NCBI RefSeq assembly: GCF_018977255.1
Contig: NW_024704743.1
Location: 111,602,001 to 111,666,000 of the forward strand
DNA length: 64,000 nucleotides
Source: Callorhinchus milii
Lineage: Eukaryota
Direction of reading: 5' to 3'
Shown here: in pieces, positions 14,311-27,690 of the stretch
Layout: each line of letters starts with the position of its first letter
Position numbering within the stretch: position 1 is the first letter of the stretch
Made by a program: the position numbers and the translations under genes
The notes under the pieces: model-generated
The model's input: only the letters and a program-made list of their open reading frames with translations
Told to the model about the DNA's origin: nothing
The model's database searches: none

Positions 14311-15120
14311 CTGTAAAGACAAGAGCAGTTTCATTGCTTTAACTTGTTTTTATACAGAACCCTGCTATGTCATGCCATGGAACACTGAGGGCTTTCAGAG
14401 GCTTATTAGTGGTAGGGTCATATACAAGGTGGAAGTGTGCCATTTTATTAACAACCGCTTTTCTGGTGCTAACAATAATCACTGCATTTAAAAGTCTTTT
14501 GATGATTTTAGAAAATACCTGCAGCAATAAATAGCCTTTTCAGGAATTTTTTCAGACAATTTAAAACATTGATAGTCACCTAGACCTACTTTTCATATTA
14601 TATATTATATATATTATTACATATTACACACACAAAAGTCAACCTCTTGTATGAATTGTAATATAACATTAATGAATATAATTGAGAAACCTCAATTGGC
14701 TTTCAGTAATATTCACAATGACTTTTTAAATAGCTGAAAAAAATATCAACAGCATCAGTGATGCCTCAAACTTTGATAGAAGGAGGTTCATTGGATTAAG
14801 GAAGAGTTGGGAATATCTAGTAACATTAAACAGTAAAAAAGTTGAAATTAATTGGGACTGGTTATGAAAGACGAATAACACTTTTCATTGAAACGATTTG
14901 AACATGGCCTACAACCCAGAATAAAAACAAGAATTTGAGAATACATGGAAAAGGTAGCAAAGCAGTGGGAGATACCTCTATAGAACTAATCTTAGACTTT
15001 ATGCTTTATAATGCAAAAGTAAAAGGTTCAAATTGACCCTTTTGTTCGATTAGTTACAGGAGAAGCATCAACTACTAATGCAGATGGTAGAACCTTGGTA
15101 AACAAGTGGTTGGAGGAGAT

Positions 15121-15345
15121 AAATAATAATCATCCTTGCATCTGATATAGTGCCTTATCACCTCTTCGAGACATTGCAAAGTGCTTCACAGAATATACTG
15201 TAAAGTAAATTGATTGTATATTTTGTGGGAGAAATACCATGCAATGCCACAAATACACATTCACTACACTTTACAGTAAATACTGTGCTTTGAGATGTCC
15301 TCCCAGTAAGAAAGAAAAGCGTAATATTAAATGCAAGGATTAATT
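15121..15345. mobile_element. Two SINE 3' tails in inverted orientation
   Basis: ATCCTTGCATCTGATATAG... (minus) followed by ...TTAAATGCAAGGATTA (plus). Confidence 0.7.
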
Positions 15346-16436
15346 ATTTGCAGTAGCAGTATTATTGCTTCTGCAATCCATTTAGTACCAACCCCTACAT
15401 GTACAGGGATGTGCATTAGTGCAGAAAAATATTTATATTTATTACTTTAAATGTCCTAAATTGAAATCCAGTGTGTAAAGTTCTTGTAGCTTATGTTCTT
15501 CTTTCTAATCTATTGGGGAATGGGTCCACCAACAGGGCATAATTACTTCAGTCTGGTACTCTAAACCCTCTTGTAACTCATCAAACAACATTTGCTTATT
15601 AAATGCGTCTCTGAGAGCAATGAGTATCAGACTAATCAATAAAATAAATGCAACAATGTATAATTCCTGACGGGTGAATCTATCTGCAAACTCGGAATAT
15701 CTGTGGCACCAGCATGCCATTACGAAACTGGCAAAACCACATGAAAATAACAGCCATTTATATTCTGAGTCATGATGATTTGCTTCACTGTAGAATAAAA
15801 TAACTATGACACAAAAATTAGCGCTCCTCAAAAACATGCAAATAGAATAACAGTGCAAAAAAAACTCAACAAAACTAAAGCACATATGGTATAAATATAT
15901 ATGTGAATTAAAAATACAGAATATGGATGACTCCCAACAATTATGAGCAATGCAAAATAAACACAGGTAGTCTGCTATAGAATTCAGGCTGCTATGTGAT
16001 GCACTAGATTATACTAAATGATGCATGTGGCAATCTAAAAGTCATGAGGGGATAACATTATTTTGTAAAAATATCAAATTTGTGCCAGTGACTTAAATTT
16101 ACAAACATACAACAGAGGAGCTTTGATAAAAGATTGTGGATAAGAGAATTTATTCCATGAACGAAGAAGACCTGACAGTACATCAGTCTTTATTCATGAC
16201 AAAATTATATTTCGTATTTCCCAACTTAGTTTCATCAAATGATATAGAGAAAATCTATACCAAGGAGTGATTACAAGTCACTAACCTAATCAAGCAGCTT
16301 AGATGATGTCATAAAACATGAGAGGGAAGATCAAGTGGTTTAAAACCACTCTTTCAATCTTGAGATACTATATATATTATATATATACACACATACTATA
16401 TTATATATAATATATAAATAATATATTATATATAAT

Positions 16437-16762
16437 ATAATAATAATCCTTGCATCTCTTTGAGACGTCTCAAATCGCTTCACACAATATACTGTAAAGT
16501 GAATATATTGTATACTTTCAGGGCGAAACTCGGTAGCCAATTGCGCATAGTATTGCCCCACAAACAGTTGTGGATTGAGTGATCAAATTATTATTAATTA
16601 TTTTTTGAAGGGAAAGCGATCCAACAATCGCCTAACAACCAGGTTTCTACTTACTGCTAAGTAAACAGAGGTGGTGAGGAAAATTGTCAAATGTTATATA
16701 AATCAAACCCAGTTCCTCTTGCTTTCGAGATGAGCACTCTAACCACTACTCTACAGCACTCC
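16437..16762 (-). mobile_element. tRNA-derived SINE, older subfamily, next to a (TA)-rich tract (16368-16445)
   Basis: Head, body and ATGCAAGGATTATT tail homologous to the 29036 copy. Confidence 0.85.
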
Positions 16763-16889
16763 ATAGTGAATCTGCGATGTTCACAAAGTGGTTGATTCTA
16801 TTTATAATTATGTTGTGCAATTGAAGTTCTTATGTTCTGTAGGTCCATATTCTGTACTTTTAATTCAATTGTACCTTTTATGTTCTACT

Positions 16890-17007
16890 TCAGGAAATGA
16901 TATCTTGGGATACAATATATAGTTTGGGACATGACATGTGCCAGGATGGTAGAATGTGAACTGGATGGACCTTGGTCTTCTTTCATTTTGCAATTCTTAT
17001 GTTCTTA
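16890..17007 (+). mobile_element. CR1 3' UTR tail
   Basis: GGATGGACCTTGGTCTTC...AATTCTTATGTTCTTA; related tails near 21450, 27140 (minus), 40215, 46750 (minus). Confidence 0.75.
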
Positions 17008-17487
17008 AGTTACATTCAAGTCCAAGTGCTCTGCATGCATGAGATGTGCTGACAATTCTGAAGGATTTGAATGGTAATTATATTGAAATAAACTTTTGGG
17101 AAATCTAGCTCTTTTTTGGGAACTCCAAAAGTCTAATGTTTGGATGGACAGTCCAGAAGATAGAGGAATGGTCTACTTCTTCCTGAAGCATGGTCTATGT
17201 TATGCTTTGGCATTTAAAGCCTTGGTTAACATGAGCCACAAAAAATAACTGCACAGTTGTATCCTTGGATATTTTTATTATTTAAGAGAATGTATGTTCT
17301 GCGGAGGTGTTTCAGGACATCACTGTATTTTATCTTAAAATTTACTTAATATGAAGCACAACTGTTTTTTTTAAAAGCAACAATTTTGTTAAGTGGAACT
17401 ATTTTCTTTGAGTGAACTTAGGCAAATATCAGTAAATCATGATTTCAGACATTGTCAACCCTCATCATTAATGAAGATGTCACAAAC

Positions 17488-17772
17488 CCGATTATTTTGG
17501 ATACATACTTTTCGGGATTCTGTGAGGTCACTTTCAAGCTGGGTAATTTGTTGTTCCAGCCCTGCCACCTCCAACTTGAACTTTTGCTGGGAAGCTGCTA
17601 CATTCAACTGAATTGTCTGCAACGTTTTCTCAAGCCTTTCCACTTCAAGTATACAATTCTTTTGTTGATCAGCAGAGCTGTTTAACTCAGCTTTGAGATC
17701 TAGGATGGTTTGTTCACAGTCTTTGACTTGACTATTTTTCTCATTGTAGTCATTTCTCATTGATTCAAGTTC
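17488..17772 (-). CDS. PMFBP1: Coding exon 13 (285 nt; ELESMRNDYNEK...RKVCIQNNR)
   Basis: ATTAG|GAA acceptor; CGG|GTTTGT donor chosen from alignment spacing (alternative in-frame GTATGT donor 21 nt earlier). Confidence 0.8.
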
Positions 17773-18177
17773 CTAATAATCACCAGACAAAAAGAAGTAA
17801 AGGATAAGAAAAGTTCATTTGACCTTCAGGTCCATTCCTTTCATGGAACATTTCTAATTGTCATCAATGCTGTTCAACTAATTTAATTTCCCGAGGAAAG
17901 GTTCTCTAAAATATAGTTTTTTACAATACTATTATCAAATAGCTGTTCTAAATACTATTGACAAATAGTTGTTCACAATACTAAGAACCTTTTTTAGTGG
18001 ATAACTACAGCTTGCTGAATATTTTCCCTTTTTTGTAATAGATGTTTTAGTTGTTTTATTATAGATATGAGGGTGTTATAACATGGTAGTATAATAGAAC
18101 AACCCATAACCAAAATAGCTCATCAATTCAGTAGCTAATGTATTAACATTGTACTTACTTAAGACTCATAAAAAATC

Positions 18178-18445
18178 AAAAGCTCAGTTGGTAGCAGTCT
18201 TGTCTCTGAGTCAGAACATCGTGAGTTGAAGCCCCACGTTGGAAACTTTAAACTCATAGTTCAAAGCTATGGAGCTGGCACTCCAAAGCAGCCCTGTGGG
18301 TGTGTTGCATTATTGGAGATGCTGATGAGTTATTAAACAGAGTCCCCTCTGCCTGTTCAGCTGGAAATTAAAGATCCCATGGCACTACTCGAAAAAAGAA
18401 GGATTTATCCTTGTGTCCTGGCCAACAATCCCCCAGATAAGATTG
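18178..18445 (+). mobile_element. DeuSINE (SacSINE1/AmnSINE1-type Deu domain)
   Basis: tRNA-like head AGCTCAGTTGGTAGC..., then TTAAAGATCCCATGGCACTA..GAA...GTGTCCTGGCCAA typical of the Deu domain. Confidence 0.8.
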
Positions 18446-18930
18446 GTCATTGGAATTTTAGGCCTCTGAATATACACAAAAGTTAATTACCTTTTGCAAG
18501 TGTTGAATATGTGAATTCTGTGAATCATACTCCTCATTGGAATGACCATGGTTGTCTCGATAAAATGCCAATTCTGACTGAAGAAGTATTGCTACCTCCT
18601 CTTTTTCTGATATCTGTGTAAACGTATTAAACGTTAGTATTATTAAAAGATTTCAACAAAATCAATCTGAAAAGGTACTTAGATTTTTGCTCAGAAACTG
18701 TTATTCTTTTAAAAGTGAGAGTTACAAAATCTGTAGTTCCACTCATTTTGCAGTTTCAAACTTCAAGTAACCTGACCTGAACTTCAGTGGCAAATTAACA
18801 CCTATTTATTTCCCTGTGTTAGAAATATTTATATTGAGCTTCCTTTCCAGTCTTCAATTGTTTATGTAATATCAACATTACTTGACTTCATGCCCAATAA
18901 AAATTCAGTAATGTAATTTTTGATCCAGAC

Positions 18931-19161
18931 CTCTCTTTGCATCTTCATTGCCTCGTCTTTCAATCTCTGGATTATCTGTTCACACTGCTGAATGTGCTCC
19001 TGGTTATTTTTACGGCTCTCCTGACAAGCATTCAACTCTTCAGTCAGTTGATCAATCATTTCTTCACAAGTGTCCACTTGGCTGCACTTTTCTTCATATC
19101 GACGTTGCAAGGTCAGCATTTCATCTTTTAAATTGTGGAGTGTCTCGTTCACCTCAAAGAT
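18931..19161 (-). CDS. PMFBP1: Coding exon 12 (231 nt; IFEVNETLHNL...AMKMQRE)
   Basis: TTGATAG|ATC acceptor, GAG|GTCTGG donor, phase 0-0. Confidence 0.83.
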
Positions 19162-19834
19162 CTATCAATACCAAGTTCAGAGAATAAGACCTTAATTTTC
19201 AAAGCAATTATTGTATTTAAACATAAATGTCTCATTAAATACCACATCAACAGATTTATTGCCTCATAGTTAATTTCCCAATATTTCCATTCTTATGTAC
19301 AATATTAAAAAGTACAATAAATGTCCAGTAATAATGCAGAAAAATTGTTTTGAAGATTTAAATAATCTCCTCTTATTTTCCTGTCATCGTCTGAAACATA
19401 CATTCTATGGCAAGTGTCATAACTGGTCTAGTACACGATTTACCACTGATGTTGCCATCAGCATTTTTTGTTTCAAACAGGAACATGCATAGAAAGTGTA
19501 CAGTGTATTGGTTTACCTGATTTCTGAATAATGACAATGGTTTGGGGCAGATTTTCAATATATATGTCAATTCTTTGTTAATGTTTAGAAAACATCATGA
19601 ATAGAGATCTTGAAGCAAGCTTACAGGATTCTTATTCTCTTCAAAGGTGCATGGCATGAGTGAACCAAAACAATGAGCAAATCAAAAATGTGCAAATACT
19701 AGCAAAAATGTGCAAATAATCAACAGTACAACTGCATAATTTTACATATTACATCCCTTCAGAAACTTTAAATAATCACGAGTGATAATTTCATTTAACA
19801 GCCAAACAAAAATCACCAATAAAAGATCAGTTAC

Positions 19835-20065
19835 CTGAGTACTGGAATCTTTTAAATCGTCTTCAAGGTTCTGCACGAGTTTCTCCAGTTCTTGTACTCT
19901 ATCTGTGTTTGCTTGATATTTCTGTTTGAAGACATCTGCTGTTGATTCAGAGACTTTTGTCTGATTCTGACTTTCTGTTACCTTATCTTGCAAGAGGCTC
20001 ATATGCTGCCTTAAACATCCAATTTCAGAATTCTGTTTTTGAATGGTCTTTTCATGTTGATCAAC
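19835..20065 (-). CDS. PMFBP1: Coding exon 11 (231 nt; VDQHEKTIQK...DLKDSSTQ)
   Basis: ATTAG|GTT acceptor, CAG|GTAACT donor, phase 0-0. Confidence 0.87.
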
Positions 20066-21089
20066 CTAATAAAAACAAATAAACAACATGGGGTGAAATT
20101 TGTAGCCCTTGAATTATTAATCTTATCGAAAGGCCTGGAGGTGGACTCCCAATATTCTTCACAATGTGTAATCAGAGGAGCCGTGCCATACATTGGCCAT
20201 CCAGCTCCCAAAATTCAATTGTCAGTACAGGATGTCCACTTTAAGTTTTTTTGTTCAGCGAAGATCCAGTATCCCACTAAGCAAGCACTCACAGTCCACA
20301 AACCAAAAGTAGGCTTGCCTTATATACATTTCAAACAGTTATTTTAGAAAACTTTTAAGTGCTTTTATTTTGTGCTGATAAGTTACTCAATGACTATAGA
20401 TGTTCTCGAAAGGTGAGTGTGAGGTGATAGAAAGTTTCCTATCTATATAGGAAACTATAATGGGTTTGGGTCGCTACCCCACATGAAGGGCACTATATAA
20501 ATGGAAGTTGTTGTTGTATAGGAGCCTATATAGCAGCCTATCTATAGGTTTCAACTGCTCAGCTAGACAACACATTTGTTCATTTCTCATCCCCTCAGCA
20601 TCAATGCCACTAATAGATGTACTGATAAAAACTGCAAGATGAAAGTCTCTAGTTTATGTTTTCGATATGCAGCAACCAGTCCATCAAGTGTGGGTTACTA
20701 AGAAATCAAAAGTGATATTTTATCTTAAAGATTTGCTGTCAGCTTCAATGCTTGTATCATTGACGGATCCTTAATATAAATAGAGTTTACATTAACTTGA
20801 TTTTATTAAAACATATCACTGTAATAGTTCTATACAGATTGCACCACATGTGTTCCAATAATGGACTGCATAGCAATAGTGCAAAAATAAAACAGTATCA
20901 GAGCAATTTGGGCTGAGAAGTCTTTCCTGCTCTTAAATCAGAAATATCTATTTCCTAACCAAGATAGATCAACTCTTTTCTCGGATACCATAAATGGTGC
21001 TCGCTGATAACTGCCAGAGTTTTGACAAATAGTTAGAGATAAATTTGAGTACCAAGAATCCCAAGACGTGTACCTATAAAGATCCTCCT

Positions 21090-21495
21090 AGTTTTCTTTC
21101 ATTCCCATTAAATCCAAAGTTTAAAAATGGGTCACCATCAGTAACGTATACTACAAAACAAGGTAACAGAATGATGTATCAAATAAAGGTTTTATCTTGT
21201 ACTGAACAGAAGAACCAGAGGACAAGGCCTGCGATTGAAGTGAGGGTAAATTCAGAACAAATCTGCGGAAACACTATTTCAGTGAGCGAACTTATGGAAC
21301 AGACTCCCTCGTGAGACAGTGGGAGCAAAAAAGTGTTGTTTGTTTCAAGAACAAATTTGAGAGATTTCTGCTAGAAAATAATATCTCGGGATAATGTATA
21401 GTTTGGGACGGGTGTCAAGCGACTGCCAGGGTAGTGGAAGGTGAACTAGATGGACCTTGGTGTCTTCTTTCGACTAGCAAATTCTTATATTCTTG
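21090..21495 (+). mobile_element. CR1 LINE 3' fragment
   Basis: Mirror image of the 27131-27690 copy, same tail. Confidence 0.8.
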
Positions 21496-21618
21496 TCTTC
21501 TTGAGGTTTAACTTACAAATGTATTCATCACTAGCATTTTAAAAATATTCAATCATTGCATTTTATCAAAGCTACTTACTAGTAGTTACTATACATTTAA
21601 AATGTTTGATCATATTAC

Positions 21619-21861
21619 CATGTTCATAGCCTCAAGGTGAAGTTGCTCAGTTTTTTCCAAGTTTTCTTTCAACTCCACCCCCATAGTCTTGTACTCCTGT
21701 ATTTTCCCAAGACTATCCTGTAGCTCAATTGCGTTTGAATTCAGCTCCTTTTGCAGAAGAGAGATCTTCTGTGACCACCGCTCTAAGTCAGTATTATGAG
21801 CCTGTTTTGTGACATCCAGATTGTTGTGTAATTGTGCTACGTTTTTCAAATTGTTTTGTAT
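21619..21861 (-). CDS. PMFBP1: Coding exon 10 (243 nt; IQNNLKNVAQL...HLEAMNM)
   Basis: TTTTAG|ATA acceptor, ATG|GTAATA donor, phase 0-0. Confidence 0.87.
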
Positions 21862-22065
21862 CTAAAACAAAAAAAGTGCATTTTGTGAAATATGCAATAG
21901 TCTTTACAAAATAAAATTCTGCCATTTAAGAATTAACATTTTGATGCACAATGCATTTTACAAAAATAAATGACTCTTGAGTATCTTTCTTCACTAAGAT
22001 CCTACTTACACTTAGTTCAGTAAATTACATGTTCTATAACTTAATCTTTATTTGCTTGTACCTAC

Positions 22066-22233
22066 TTCTTCCATGAGAATCTCTCGTTCATGCTCCAGTT
22101 GCTGAACTGATGTTCTAGCCTGGGTCAGCTGATCTTCCTGTTCACTGCATGTATCTTTCAGTTCATGCAGTTCATTCTGCAGAGCTTTCAGTTTCTGGTT
22201 AAGTCTGTTGAGCTCTGCCTCCTGAACTGCAAG
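22066..22233 (-). CDS. PMFBP1: Coding exon 9 (168 nt; LAVQEAELNRL...REILMEE)
   Basis: ACAG|CTT acceptor, GAA|GTAGGT donor; resembles the N-terminus of human PMFBP1 as recalled. Confidence 0.87.
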
Positions 22234-23607
22234 CTGTTTGTAAACACAAATCATTTACATAACTTACACTGCATTACATAAAAAACAACTATCTACTTAG
22301 ATTTTTCAAGTTTCATACTTAATGGTCTTACTTACTGCATAAGTTATTTGAACAGATTAATTGTAGGATACACTTAGCCATCATGAAATATAGATATGCA
22401 GTTTATGTTATCTGACTATATTTTTTTCAGTATCTGTATTTATGTGATTACTTTGTTGCCTTCTATTTTGACCAATGAATCCAAAATAGGATCAGTGTGC
22501 AGTTATATTTAGTCTGAGCTAAAAACTAAAATATAACAATACAATTAAAAAAAACATTCTTCACCATGAGGGACAGAGAGAATTTAAAACTTCTATCTAG
22601 GAAAATGTAAGCAGGTAAACAGTGATAACTTTTTGTGTGATATTATAGACATGAAAGAAAAATAACCAAAAACATATTTCAGATCTGGATGGTGGAAGAT
22701 GAGAGCGGCTAAAAATATCCTGGACACCAAGATGCAACATTTGTTGGAATAGCTATTTTTAATTGCACGCTGAATGAATAAAGAAAAGTTCAACAGATAA
22801 CCAGTTTCCATTGCATTCTATAAAAAATTTATATAAGGACATAATTTCAATATTTGTCAGTATTAAATTATAGAGTGGAATGTTCTAATGTGTCTCACAA
22901 GTTAGGGCTTCTACTTCCACCTCTGGCTGTCGTCACAAAAGCTCAAACCGTTCACACCAACCTTTCCTATAGACCAAAACCTTTATCAACTAAGAATGTA
23001 TAAAGTTCTGAACCTCCCTGGTACATCATCAAATTGCACAGGCTAAGATCTTTCTCTGTCTTTAGACCCTGCAATAAGCCAAAACACAAGTAATGTTCCC
23101 AAATGCTTTGTTGGTAACATATGGATCAGACACAAATACCTGAATGCATGGTGGCCTAAATCATCATCATTTGTAGTGTTACATTTTTGTGAAGACAACT
23201 ACAAGATATCATGTCGTTAAAAATGCAATATTTTTTCATCTGTGTGATGAAATATCCAGAACTGTAAATCCATGTGATATTGGCCAACAACAATCTTAAC
23301 ATGGAATTTATTTGTTTGATCATACTTTCAGGAAGGGATGTTAGACATTTCCACAATTTCACAAAAAAATGCTTTAAAAGACTACAAAACAGAAATGATT
23401 AAAATATAAGAGACAATTAACACAACTGCTAGTGACAATGGCCTTCAGAGTTAGCCATTGGAAAACAACACAAAACTGTTTGCTATATGGTACTAAACTA
23501 TACGGTAATGTACTAAGTAGGTGGAATTATAGTTTTCCTCTCCTGTGGTGGCTGATTTCTATTGAACTACAAGAGGAGATGGAATAAAGAGTTTTAAAAA
23601 TGCTTAC

Positions 23608-23691
23608 TTCTTCTTGTGAACCCATGTACTTCTCTTGCGCAGTTTTCAGGTCAGTCTTCAGTTTTAAAATCACCTGATTCCTGCTATTAAC
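23608..23691 (-). CDS. PMFBP1: Coding exon 8 (84 nt; VNSRNQVILKLKTDLKTAQEKYMGSQEE)
   Basis: TTCTCAG|GTT acceptor, GAA|GTAAGC donor, phase 0-0. Confidence 0.85.
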
Positions 23692-24045
23692 CTGAGAATC
23701 AAAACAATATCACACTGGTTATGAGAATAAGCAGCTTTCCATTGCAATTATTATGAAAACGGGATTAAAAAATTAGTAGTTATATCTTTGATCAACAGAA
23801 TTTAACCCTGCAAACTGCAAAAATAATTTTAGTTCTTGGTTAGAATTCAACCTTGTACTGACACAGACCTAAATACACCACCCTGACTACTGGCTACGTT
23901 TTTCTAAGATTTGTTTTTCAGAGTTTGACATGATTATCATTATTATTTTCTACACCACATCCCATTGTTACCTTCTTGCATATGTCAGATACTTATTAAA
24001 AAAAAGTTCTTTTTCAACTCTCTGATGATTCATTTAACCAACTGT

Positions 24046-24372
24046 AATAATAATAATAATAATAATCCTTGCATTTGATATAGCGCTTTTCACGTCGGGA
24101 GGATGTCCCAAAGCGCTTCACAGAACACACTGTAAAGTGAATTGACTGTATATTTGTGGGCGAACGCGGCAGCCAATTGCGCACAGCAATGTCCCACAAA
24201 CAGTCGTAGATTGAAAATGACCAATTTATTATTGTTTTTGGTTTTATGGAGGGATTATTATTAGGCTCTGTGTGGAGTAAGGAAACTTGCCCAGGGTTTC
24301 GCCCTGCCTGGAATTGAACTCAGGTCTCTCGCTTGCAAAGCGAGTGCTCTAACCACTGAGCTACAGGACTCC
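24046..24372 (-). mobile_element. Young tRNA-Ala-headed SINE, full length
   Basis: GGAGTCCTGTAGCTCAGTGGTTAGAGC head with A/B boxes, L2-type tail, (TTA)n; near-identical to 24991, 37659, 59162. Confidence 0.95.
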
Positions 24373-24375
24373 ACA

Positions 24376-24711
24376 GGACTGTAGTTGAGTGGTTAGAACA
24401 CTCGCCTCGCAAGCGAGAGACCTGGGTTCAATTTGGGGCAGGATGAAATGTTGGGCAAGTTTTCTTACTCCACAGTAAGTAGGAATCCATTTGTTAATCA
24501 ATTGGCAGATTGCTTTTTGGGGGTAATAATTTCTTTAAAAAAATTGGTCACTCAATCCACGACTGTTTGTGGGACACTGTTGTGCGCAATTGGCTGCCCC
24601 GTTTCACCCCAAAAATATAGTTAATTCACTTTACAGCATATTTGTTAAGCGCTTTGAGACATCTCGAAAATGTGATAAGGCGCTATATCAAATGCAAGGA
24701 TTATTATTATT
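24376..24711 (+). mobile_element. tRNA-derived SINE, older subfamily, head-to-head with the previous copy
   Basis: Diverged head and GAGACATCTCGAAAATGTGATAAGGCGC tail. Confidence 0.9.
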
Positions 24712-24714
24712 AAC

Positions 24715-24878
24715 TCAATCCCTCCACCTTGCCCGTCTTCAGATCACACCTGAAGAGCTTTTTCTTCGATTGTGCTATGGTCATCCCCCTCCGACTTATG
24801 ACCAGGCGACAAGCCACTGTTAAATGTTCCAGCTGCTACTCTGCATGAAGGGTGCCATAAAAATGCAAGTTGTTGTTA
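24715..24878 (+). mobile_element. L2 3' tail, different subfamily
   Basis: Ends TGAAGGGTGCCATAAAAATGCAAGTTGTTGTT; similar tail at 20470-20517. Confidence 0.6.
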
Positions 24879-24990
24879 TCGCCTTGGAAATTTCCAACAC
24901 AGAATACAGGACTTTGTCCAAGTTTTGGTCTTTGAATGAGGTAATTTTTTTTTTACCTCTTAGGATGGAAAATGACATTGTACAAACATA

Positions 24991-25319
24991 ATATAATTAT
25001 AATAATAATAATAATAATCCTTGCATTTGATATAGCGCTTTTCACGTCGGGAGGACGTCCCAAAGTGCTTCACAGAATAGACTGTAAAGTGAATTGACTG
25101 TATATTTGTGGGCGAACGCGCCCAATTGCGCACAGCAATGTCCCACAAACAGTCGTAGATTGAAAATGACCAATTTATTATTGTTTTGTTTTGGAGGGAT
25201 TATTATTAGGCGTGTGGAGTAAGGAAACTTGCCCAAGGTTTCGCCCTGACCTGCCTGGAATTGAACTCGGGTCTCTCACTTGCAAAGGGAGTGCTCTAAC
25301 CACTGAGCTACAGGACTCC
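24991..25319 (-). mobile_element. Young tRNA-Ala-headed SINE, full length
   Basis: Near-identical to the 24046 copy. Confidence 0.95.
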
Positions 25320-25675
25320 ACAACAGGTACAACATTTAAGCAGCTATGCAGATAAAAATAAGCATGAAACTACATTAACTGATTTATATACAGTAAAGTC
25401 CTGATAACTCAACCTTAGCTCAATTTGTCACTATCATTTTAAGTCATCACGCTGTCAATATCCAGGCTACATTTAAGTATTTTTTACATATGCCGAACTC
25501 GCCATTCTAAATAACTTGTCACTGAACCCTTTTTCCACCCTTGGAGTGACGTGTTATAAGTAGTTTACTGTATATGCCATAGTTCATTGCTGATTAAACA
25601 ATTAAACAATATTCATAAACATGTAAACGAATGACAGCCACACTTTCTATTTGTGTTGACCTGTCTGCGTTGTAC

Positions 25676-25843
25676 CTCTTGCTGAGCTGTTCTATGCTTC
25701 TCCATGACAACCACCATCTCCAGTTCTAGTTTTTGCTTTTCGGTGCTGAGCTTGTTGAAGTCCTGGGAATCCTGTTTCATTTGCTCTGTTAGCTTCACTG
25801 TTTCTTCTTTCAGTTTCTGCATGAGATTTTCTCTGTGAAGCAA
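25676..25843 (-). CDS. PMFBP1: Coding exon 7 (168 nt; LLHRENLMQKL...KHRTAQQE)
   Basis: AATAG|TTG acceptor, GAG|GTACAA donor, phase 0-0. Confidence 0.85.
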
Positions 25844-27130
25844 CTATTAGCAGAAGCAAATCATTTAGAACCACAAAAACATAATTTCAAATCATATAGT
25901 CACTCCTATGAATTCTAAACTTAGAATACCAACATAAAATACAATTTTGTGTTTAAATGTATGTATGGAAACATTTCAAGAGTTATTGCCCTACTATTGA
26001 CATGGAAGGGCAAGGGAGAGGGCATTACATCCAGCATATTTATTAAAAATGTTTGTGATAATGCAAAATGTGAAAAATACGAAAGACTCAAAATAGAAGC
26101 ATTCCTGGGTCTCAGCCTGATAAGATTTTACGCATTTTTTAAAAACAAAAACTTATTTTCAAACATTTAGAAACTGTTTATAATACATTGAAAAATTAGT
26201 CTTTCGATTCATATCATTAAAATCATTAAAACATTAAGCTCAATTATTTTCTGAATTCCTTCTATAAAACTGTTTATCTAAGGTTTAAAATACTACTATA
26301 TCGTAAATACACTTAAAACTTGTACAGCACTACTCAATTGTGGCTTCTACTTCCCAGTTAACACAGACACAAATTCCATCAAGGAATGGCCTAATTGCAA
26401 ACAGAAGATTGGTTAGGATGAAGAATGCCCTTTGGCTCATCTGATCCCATCCCTCCAGGATATGTTCTCTACTGTCCTCCCATCACAGCATCAAGCTGTT
26501 TTTCAAATAAGTCCAGTGTCCTGGCCTCAACCACCCTTTCTGGTAACCTGTTCCAGTCATTAATTACCCTCTGAGTAAAAAAAACAACTTGATATTTGTG
26601 ATAAGATTGCCCCTGTAACTCTATAGCTCTGTGCTGTACTGTTCCATGTTCTTAAATTTAATGCTAAAAATACTGGAGATAATTTTCCCCTTTGAACCAC
26701 CAATATCTCTAGCTATAACTAGCTGTTGCAAAACTGAGTTTTAATCTAGGAAGAAATTGTTCAATACATTTGTGATCTACTTCCGCAGTGGACAAAAGTC
26801 AAAGGACAAGGAGGTCATGCCTTCAAAATAAAGACAAAAACGAAGAAAGGAAATACATCTTTTCATTCAGATAAATGTGATTTACCTGTGGAACGAACTA
26901 CTAGCACAGATGACGGAACAAATCAAAGAAAACCTTGACCAGTTAAATAAAATAATTCAGGGTGTTTGATTTTGAGATAGATACAATGAAGAAATTTGTA
27001 GGAAATTGGATGGGAAGGCATGATGCTCTCCTCCTACCCAAAATTTGTTAATGAGAGTTTATAAAAATATATTTATTATCATTTAGACTTTAACTTTGAT
27101 AAAAAGGCAGAATGGTTGGGAACATATTCT

Positions 27131-27690
27131 TATAAGAACATAAGAATTTGCTAGGCAAAAGAAGACCAAGGTCCATCTTGCTCGCCTCTACCACCCTGGC
27201 AGTCGCTTGATATATTGTGTCTCCAACTATATACTGCATCCCGAGATATTATTTTCTAGTAGAAATCTATTAATTTGTTCTTGAAACAAATGACATTTTC
27301 TGTTTCCACTGTCTCCCTGGAGAGCCTGTTCCATAAGTTTACGACACACTCACTGAAGTAGTGTTTCTGTAAATTTGTTCTGAATTTACCCCCCTTCAAT
27401 TACAGGCCATGTCCTCTGATTCTACTATTTAGGACAAGATAAAACATTGTCTACATTATCGATTCCCTTCAGAATCTTATAAAGACCATAATCATATTGC
27501 CCCTCAACCTTCTCTTCTCCAGCATGAACATGCCCAGTTTATCTATCACTCCTCATAGTCCAGTCCCTCCATCCCCTCTATCATTTTGGTTGCCCTCCTC
27601 TGTATCCTCTCAATCGCTGCAATATCCTTTTTATATTGCAGTGACCATAACTGCACACATTATTCTAAGTGCGGTCGCACCAGTGATTTA
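27131..27690 (-). mobile_element. CR1 LINE 3' fragment
   Basis: Minus ORF ends LYKSLVRPHLE (CR1 motif); tail TTCTTATGTTCTTAT. Confidence 0.88.

Noticed and set aside
17503..17511. Alternative donor AAA|GTATGT in exon 13
   Set aside because: In frame and removes exactly 7 aa, but recalled PMFBP1 spacing favours the 17488 donor; unresolved without RNA data
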